Assembly: GCA_001830425.1 (NCBI GenBank)
Contig: MIAA01000026.1
Span: 16,675-80,674 of the forward strand
Origin: Rhodospirillales bacterium RIFCSPLOWO2_02_FULL_58_16
Lineage (GTDB): Bacteria > Pseudomonadota > Alphaproteobacteria > Rhodospirillales > 2-02-FULL-58-16
Reading direction: 5' to 3'
DNA length: 64,000 bases
The notes beneath the pieces were generated by a model. It searched no databases. It was not told the DNA's origin and worked only from the letters and a program-made list of their open reading frames with translations. Positions 59,067-64,000 of this stretch are shown piece after piece; position 1 is the stretch's first letter; each line of letters begins with the position of its first letter. The position numbers were made by a program, and so were the translations under genes.

Positions 59067-60068
59067 ATGCAAGGCGTCGCCGAAACAACTTCACCGGGGT
59101 TTCCCCTGCAAGTCCCCGATATTGCCGTCTCCGTGCGTCAAACGTTCGGCATCGACAGCGATATGCGGGCTCCGGCCTTCAGCAGGGCCGAGGAGCATGT
59201 GCCGGAGATCGACGGCGCCTATCAGTTCGATCATGACACGACGCTGGCCGTCCTCGCCGGGTTTGCCCATAACCGCCGGGTCATGATCCAGGGCTATCAC
59301 GGCAGCGGCAAGTCAACTCATATCGAGCAGGTGGCGGCGCGGCTGAACTGGCCGTGCGTCCGCCTTAACCTGGACAGTCATATCAGCCGCATCGACCTTA
59401 TCGGCAGGGACGCCATTGTTATTCGCGACGGCGAGCAGGTTACCGAGTTCAAGGAGGGGATGCTGCCCTGGGCGCTACAAAACCCGGTCGCCCTGGTTTT
59501 TGACGAATACGACGCCGGAAGGCCGGACGTGATGTTCGTCATCCAGCGCATCCTTGAGGCTAACGGCAAGCTGACCCTGCTTGACCAGAACAAGGTGATG
59601 ACTCCTCATCCTTCATTTCGCCTGTTTTCAACCACCAATACGGTCGGGCTGGGCGACGCCACAGGTCTTTATCACGGCGTTCAGCAGATCAACCAGGGCC
59701 AGATGGATCGCTGGAATGTGGTCGCCACCCTCAATTACCTGCCGCCCGAGGACGAGATCAGGATCGTGCTGGCCAAGGCGCCGTCCTACGATAACAAGGA
59801 AGGCCGCAGGACGGTAGCCGCCATGGTGGAAATGGCGGGCATGACCCGCACCGGCTTTATGAACGGCGATATATCAACCGTGATGTCGCCGCGCACCATA
59901 ATCACCTGGGCCGAAAACGGCGAAATCTTCGGCGACCTGGAATTCGCCTTCCGCCTGACCTTCCTCAACAAGTGCGACGAGCTGGAGCGTTCGGTGATCG
60001 CCGAATACTACCAACGCTGCTTCGGCGCCGATTTGCCGGAATCGGTGGCCAAGGCGCCGCTGCTTTAG
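59067..60068 (+). CDS. cobS: cobaltochelatase subunit CobS (AAA+/MoxR-like ATPase)
   Basis: Walker [10 protein letters not shown] and Walker B ALVFDEYD are present. Length 333 aa. The gene is followed by cobT. Confidence 0.9.
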   Translation: MQGVAETTSPGFPLQVPDIAVSVRQTFGIDSDMRAPAFSRAEEHVPEIDGAYQFDHDTTLAVLAGFAHNRRVMIQGYHGSGKSTHIEQVAARLNWPCVRLNLDSHISRIDLIGRDAIVIRDGEQVTEFKEGMLPWALQNPVALVFDEYDAGRPDVMFVIQRILEANGKLTLLDQNKVMTPHPSFRLFSTTNTVGLGDATGLYHGVQQINQGQMDRWNVVATLNYLPPEDEIRIVLAKAPSYDNKEGRRTVAAMVEMAGMTRTGFMNGDISTVMSPRTIITWAENGEIFGDLEFAFRLTFLNKCDELERSVIAEYYQRCFGADLPESVAKAPLL

Positions 60069-60079
60069 GGTCCAAACTC

Positions 60080-61846
60080 ATGCCACAGGCGGAGCCTCCC
60101 TCGGAACTGCTCAAGCGCGTCACCGCCGCCGCGTTGGTCGGCGTCGCCGGAGCGCCCAGGGCGCCGGATCGAATATTCGGCGGCAACGCCGCGCTTTTGC
60201 CCGAGCCGCCGCGCCGCGCCATCGTTAAAGATGACGTAACCAGACTGCGGGGCGCCGCCGACGCCGTGGCCGTGCGCTTTCGCCATCATGACGAAGATGC
60301 GCATCATCGCCTCATGCCTTCCGGCGTCGAAGCCCGTCAGGTTTACGAGGCCGCAGAGCAGGCGCGTCTTGAAGCCTTGGGCGGTCGCCGTCTGTCGGGA
60401 GTCGCCGATAATCTGGGGGCGCGTCTTGAGGAGCATTGCCGGGATTTCTCCGGTATCGCCGACCGCGAGGCGACGCCCATCGCCGACGCCGTAGCCCTGC
60501 TGGTGCGCGAAGTTCTCACCGGATTGCCGCCGCCGGCCTCGGCCGGCGCCATGATGGAGGCGTGGCGTCCCTGGCTGGCCGAGCGGATGGGCAAGGGGCT
60601 TGGCCGACTGGCCGATTATATTGACGACCAGGACGCTTTCGCCGGAACCATGACCGAGATGATCTCCCGTCTGGAGCTTTCCGATGCGGATCAGGCCCCG
60701 GATTCGGATCACGGCGAAAGCGAACAAGACGCCGGTTGTGATGACGAGGATCATCAGCCGGACGCCGCCACCGCCGATCAGGAGTCTGTTGACGGCGGCC
60801 TGGGCGGGACGGACGTAGACAAAGCAAAAGCGCCGCCCATGCCCGGCGAAGACATGCCCGCCGATCCCGGCCATGCCCGCCGTCCCGATAATGCCGCTTC
60901 GGCGCAAGTTGTTTACCGCGCCTACACCACCGCTTTTGATCAAGTGATCAACGCCGACAAAATATGCGACTGCCGGGAGCTTACCAGACTGCGCGCCCAG
61001 CTTGACCAACAGCTTTCCCATCTGTCGGGAATGGTAAGACAGCTTGCCAACCGTCTTCAGCGCCGCCTGCTGGCCAAGCAAACCAGATCATGGAATTTCG
61101 GCCTTGATGAGGGCTTGCTGGATTCGGCGAGGCTGGCGCGGGTGATCGTCGATCCGGTTCATCCTCTTTCTTTCAAGCAGGAGGCCGAGACCGACTTTCG
61201 TGACACTGTGGTCGGCCTGCTGATAGATAACTCCGGCTCGATGCGCGGACGTCCGATAACGGTGGCCGCCATGTGCGCCGATATTCTGGCGAGAACCCTG
61301 GAGCGTTGCGGCGTCAAGGTGGAAATTCTCGGCTTCACCACCCAGGCCTGGAAGGGCGGTCATGCGCGTGAAAAGTGGGTGGCCGACGGCAAGCCGGACC
61401 ATCCCGGACGCCTCAACGATCTCTATCATATCATTTACAAGAGCGCCGACGCCCCCTGGCGGCGGACGCGGCGTAACCTGGGGCTGATGCTGCGCGAAGG
61501 CCTGCTTAAGGAAAACATCGACGGCGAGGCCCTGTTGTGGGCGCACTCCCGCCTGCTGGCGCGGCGCGAACAGCGGCGCATCCTGATGGTTATCTCCGAC
61601 GGCGCTCCGGTCGATGACGCCACCCTGTCGGCCAATGCCGGCGTCTATCTGGAGGCCCACCTGCGTCAGGCCATATCATGGATCGAGACCCGCTCCGAGG
61701 TCGAACTCACCGCTATCGGCATCGGCCATGACGTTAAACGTTATTACCGACGGGCCGTCACCATCTCCGGCGCCGAAGACCTGGGCGGCGCCATGATGCA
61801 GGAACTGACCGAACTGTTTGATGAGAAATCCTCCCCCTTGCTTTAA
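60080..61846 (+). CDS. cobT: cobaltochelatase subunit CobT (vWA domain)
   Basis: It has an acidic middle region and a C-terminal vWA domain with the MIDAS motif [12 protein letters not shown] chose ATG 60080 ([13 protein letters not shown]) as the start. Confidence 0.9.
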   Translation: MPQAEPPSELLKRVTAAALVGVAGAPRAPDRIFGGNAALLPEPPRRAIVKDDVTRLRGAADAVAVRFRHHDEDAHHRLMPSGVEARQVYEAAEQARLEALGGRRLSGVADNLGARLEEHCRDFSGIADREATPIADAVALLVREVLTGLPPPASAGAMMEAWRPWLAERMGKGLGRLADYIDDQDAFAGTMTEMISRLELSDADQAPDSDHGESEQDAGCDDEDHQPDAATADQESVDGGLGGTDVDKAKAPPMPGEDMPADPGHARRPDNAASAQVVYRAYTTAFDQVINADKICDCRELTRLRAQLDQQLSHLSGMVRQLANRLQRRLLAKQTRSWNFGLDEGLLDSARLARVIVDPVHPLSFKQEAETDFRDTVVGLLIDNSGSMRGRPITVAAMCADILARTLERCGVKVEILGFTTQAWKGGHAREKWVADGKPDHPGRLNDLYHIIYKSADAPWRRTRRNLGLMLREGLLKENIDGEALLWAHSRLLARREQRRILMVISDGAPVDDATLSANAGVYLEAHLRQAISWIETRSEVELTAIGIGHDVKRYYRRAVTISGAEDLGGAMMQELTELFDEKSSPLL

Positions 61847-61853
61847 GGGGGAG
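61831..61853 (+). terminator. hairpin overlapping the cobT stop codon
   Basis: CTCCCCCTT-gcttt-AAGGGGGAG forms a perfect 9-bp stem followed by TTT. It belongs to the same hairpin style as 29660 and 47235. Confidence 0.45.
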
Positions 61854-61857
61854 TTTA

Positions 61858-62064
61858 GCGCGTCAGGATTGATTGGAACACTCAAGGCCGCTGTGGGCCA
61901 TGCCTAACCGTCTTTGCGAGGATTGCGAGAAGCGGAGCGACGAAGCAAGACGAAGCAATCCAGAGAGCGCCACCGGCCACTGGATTGCTTCCCGTGTCGC
62001 TGACGCTCTCACGGTCGCAATGACGACAATGCGCAACGCAGGTGATCCTGATCAATCCTGACGT
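61858..62064 (-). mobile_element. family-B MITE-like element, copy 2 (inverted relative to copy 1)
   Basis: The ends are GCGCGTCAGGATTGATTGGAACAC ... GGTGATCCTGATCAATCCTGACGT. The internal motifs GACGAAGCAATCCA / TGGATTGCTTCCCG and GTCGCAATGACG match copy 1 in reverse orientation. Confidence 0.7.
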
Positions 62065-62582
62065 ACACTGGGGGAGGTTTTTGCTTCCGCCAACAAGTCG
62101 CAGATTTCGCGGACGGCGCCGCCGCCGCCGCCTTTTTCGGTAACAAAGTCGGCCAGATTTTTCACCGCTTCCACGGCGTCGGCGACGGTCAGCGCGCAGC
62201 CGACGGCTTCCAGCGCCGGGATATCGTTCAGGTCATCGCCCATATGCGCGGCGTGGGCGAGGGCTATTCCCAGCTCGGCGCATATCTCTTTCAACTTGGC
62301 CAGCTTGTCCTCGGCGCCGATATGAACATTGCGGATGCCGAGGTCTTTGCCGCGCTTGAGGATGCACGGCGCATCGCCGGCGGAAATGATGGCGACCTCG
62401 ACGCCGACGCTCATCGCCAGTTTCATGCCCATGCCGTCCTTGACGTTGAACTTGCGCAACTGCCTGCCGTCCTCGGCGTAATACAGTCCGCCGTCGGTAA
62501 GCACCCCGTCCACGTCCAGGGAAAGAAGCTTGATCCCGCGCAGACGCGCAAGCAATTCAGGGCGGGAAAGTTTTTTTGTCAT
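62052..62582 (-). CDS. kdsC: KDO 8-phosphate phosphatase (HAD-IIIA)
   Basis: It has the LLSLDVDGVLTDG motif and the later GDDLNDIP motif, and is 176 aa. The last codons and the stop lie inside the family-B element's terminal repeat. Confidence 0.8.
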   Translation of the reverse strand: MTKKLSRPELLARLRGIKLLSLDVDGVLTDGGLYYAEDGRQLRKFNVKDGMGMKLAMSVGVEVAIISAGDAPCILKRGKDLGIRNVHIGAEDKLAKLKEICAELGIALAHAAHMGDDLNDIPALEAVGCALTVADAVEAVKNLADFVTEKGGGGGAVREICDLLAEAKTSPSVRQD

Positions 62583-64000
62583 ATCCGTCGGCCTTCTTTC
62601 AACAAAGGCAATATATCGTCGCCCGGCACAGGACGGCTGAAAAGGAAACCCTGGATTTCATCGCACCACTGCTGGCGCAGGAAAGTCAATTGCTCGTTAT
62701 CCTCAACTCCCTCGGCTACTACCTTCAAGCCGAGGCTCTGGCCGATGGCGACGACGGCTGCGGCCAGCGTCGCTCCGCCGCCGCCGCCGCTGATGTCGGC
62801 AACGAACGTGCTGTCGATCTTGATGGTGTCCAGCGGAAAACTCCTGAGATAATTCAGCGATGAATAACCGGTGCCGAAATCATCGGCGGAAAGGCGGATG
62901 CCGATCTCGCGGATTCGGCGAAGGATGGCGATGGCGTCCCTGGTGTTTTTCATCAGCGCCGTTTCGGTAATTTCCATTTCCAGTAAACCGGGAGGCAGCC
63001 CGGTCTCTTCCAGAATCCGGGAAATATCATCGATGAAACCGGACTTCGACAGTTGGCGGGCGGAAATATTGACGGCCATCGTCAAGGGCGGCGCATCGGC
63101 GCCATGCCAGAGTCTGGCCTGGGCGCAAGCAGTCTTCATCACCCATTCGCCGAGGGGAATGATAAAACCTGTTTCCTCGGCCAAAGGAATAAACGTGGAC
63201 GGAAGCGCCAGCCCCTCCTTGTCAGGCCTCGCCCACCGCACCAGCGCCTCGACGCCGGTAATTTTACCATGACGCAGATCGACCTTGGGCTGGTAGTGAA
63301 GCACAAACTCGCCTCGATCCAGGGAACTGCGCAACATATTCTCCACGCTCAGGCTTTCCACGGCCCTGGCGTTCATTTCCTCGGTGAAATACTGGTAGGT
63401 GTTGCGGCCCTGTTCCTTGGCGTGGAAGGACGCGGTATCGGCGTTGCGAATGAGTTCTCCGGCGGTCTTTCCGTCGTCGGGATAGAAAGCTACTCCGATG
63501 CCGGCGGTGAGTACGGTGTCGTCCTCCTGACCCTTTAAACGTATCGGCTGCGAAATCGCCGCCTGGAGACGGTGAACGACCATGGCGGCTTCCTCGGCGG
63601 AATGAACCATCGGCAGGACCACCAGGAATTCGTCGCCGCCGAAACGGCCTGCGGTATCGTGATCCCTGAGGCAGGACTTGATCCTTTTCCCCATTTCGAC
63701 CAGCAGGGCATCGCCGACGCCATGGCCGAGACTGTCGTTGATTATCTTGAAGTTATCCAGGTCCAGGTAAAGAACTCCCGCCTGATGACCGGCGGCGGCA
63801 GCCTGCTTCAGCGCCTGATGAACCCGGTCATGGAGGAGGCGCTGGTTGGGCAAGCCGGTCAGCGCGTCATAGTTTTCCTGATAGCTGATGCGTTCTTCAT
63901 CGCGCCTGTGCTTGGAGGTGTCGCTGAACAGGGCGAGATAGCTTTCAACAGAGCCGTCTTCGTTCTTGTTGGCGGCGACGATCAGCCATTCGGGATAAAT
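62579..64000 (-). CDS. GGDEF-EAL (diguanylate cyclase/phosphodiesterase) signalling protein, N-terminus outside window
   Basis: The frame stays open upstream of Met 63853 to the window edge (...NYDALTGLPNQRLL). The GGDEF motif is intact (RFGGDEFLV). The EAL motifs are intact (EALVRW, EITE, DDFGTGYSSL, KID, AEGVE, QGFLF). Confidence 0.9.
   Translation of the reverse strand: MYPEWLIVAANKNEDGSVESYLALFSDTSKHRRDEERISYQENYDALTGLPNQRLLHDRVHQALKQAAAAGHQAGVLYLDLDNFKIINDSLGHGVGDALLVEMGKRIKSCLRDHDTAGRFGGDEFLVVLPMVHSAEEAAMVVHRLQAAISQPIRLKGQEDDTVLTAGIGVAFYPDDGKTAGELIRNADTASFHAKEQGRNTYQYFTEEMNARAVESLSVENMLRSSLDRGEFVLHYQPKVDLRHGKITGVEALVRWARPDKEGLALPSTFIPLAEETGFIIPLGEWVMKTACAQARLWHGADAPPLTMAVNISARQLSKSGFIDDISRILEETGLPPGLLEMEITETALMKNTRDAIAILRRIREIGIRLSADDFGTGYSSLNYLRSFPLDTIKIDSTFVADISGGGGGATLAAAVVAIGQSLGLKVVAEGVEDNEQLTFLRQQWCDEIQGFLFSRPVPGDDILPLLKEGRRI

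Noticed and set aside
61873-62061. 62-aa ORF (and ORFs 41259-41483, 41301-41705) inside the family-B elements
   Set aside because: The reading frames differ between the two copies and run through the hairpin arms. This is typical of spurious ORFs created by GC-rich repeats.

Overview
About 64 kb of roughly 60% GC chromosomal DNA. Several features point to an alphaproteobacterium, possibly Rhodospirillales-like: a gcrA cell-cycle regulator, the bolA/J-domain/cobS/cobT block, the lysM-M23/pcm/surE/serS/tatABC block and the grxC/comF/map/radC block. I call about 65 protein genes. I saw no rRNA, tRNA, CRISPR array, transposase or integrase. Most of the window is housekeeping: pepA-holC, a late cobalamin cluster (cobT/cobS/cobC/cobU/cobW/cobN, with the chelatase cobS/cobT 40 kb away), ubiD, rpsD, a TetR-HlyD-ABC efflux operon, gcdH, ilvD and acs with a solute:sodium symporter. 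The most interesting item is not in the ORF track. A 50-codon ORF (56607-56759) overlaps, through an ATGA junction, the start of a radical-SAM/SPASM enzyme (56756-58165). This is a minimal RiPP-like precursor-plus-maturase cassette, and a promoter-like site and a terminator-like hairpin precede it. It lies between a metal-handling cluster and the cobS/cobT cobalt chelatase genes. The metal cluster comprises DUF2933, an ICMT-like methyltransferase, a YHS/TRASH protein and a divergent heme-copper-oxidase-like pair that seems to lack two canonical His ligands. Other notable items follow. Two paralogous DNA methyltransferase/Mrr-like fusions have swapped central regions and bracket three genes (2.7-8.0 kb). 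Three proteins look like degenerate EAL domains. An orphan FliG-C-like protein is present. Two dispersed intergenic repeat families occur, one MITE-like and supplying the stop codon of kdsC. A Sel1-repeat gene carries two inactivating lesions. A secreted protein is built from 60-bp tandem repeats. All family assignments are from motif reading by eye. No database search was possible.
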